Shown: positions 63,981 through 64,000 of the stretch, one piece after another
Layout of the letters: each line of letters starts with the position of its first letter
Numbering within the stretch: the stretch's first letter is position 1
NCBI GenBank assembly: GCA_965113315.1
Contig: OZ220364.1
Direction: 5' to 3' (one strand)
Origin: Podarcis vaucheri
Lineage: Eukaryota
DNA length: 64,000 nt
The notes under the pieces: generated by a model
What the model saw: only the letters and a program-made list of their open reading frames with translations
Database searches by the model: none
What the model was told of the DNA's origin: nothing
Program-made: the position numbers and the translations under genes

Positions 63981-64000
63981 GTACAGAGGATGTGCAAGTC

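Noticed and set aside
1-64000. The many 60-145 aa entries in the ORF track
   Set aside because: Short, often without ATG, no recognisable domains; those with signal are RPTOR exon overlaps or transposon remnants
51499-64000. Next upstream RPTOR exon (~exon 24, ...SFISATVQTGFCDWSARYFAQPVMK)
   Set aside because: Not found by eye; presumably beyond the window. The gtaagc donor-like site near 63402 has no Raptor-like coding sequence upstream

Overview
Vertebrate genomic DNA, very likely a lacertid lizard: it carries Sauria SINE, Squam3-like SINE with a (CTT)n tail, Bov-B, CR1, L2 and Tigger/hAT MITEs. The window holds the 3' part of RPTOR (Raptor, the mTORC1 scaffold) on the minus strand. Ten GT-AG coding exons (51498->12036, equivalent to human exons 25-34 as I recall the numbering) splice in frame to 1089 nt, i.e. 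362 aa plus TAA, encoding the C-terminal WD40 propeller. A ~2.2 kb 3'UTR follows, ending near AATAAA signals at ~9.8 kb. The rest is intron or intergenic sequence rich in transposons, with a 200-N gap at 6988-7187. Nearly all ORF-track entries are spurious. Most notable: (1) a frame-preserving 48-nt candidate cassette exon (37370-37417) that would insert LARRVSIYLDRSKQGG, containing an RRxS kinase motif, into the Raptor WD40 region; (2) a 63-bp copy of RPTOR exon 27 pasted into intron 25 between duplicated flanks; (3) a Bov-B insertion with twin-priming-type 5' inversion and a templated, scrambled junction. Repeat family names come from recalled consensus sequences, not from a database search.
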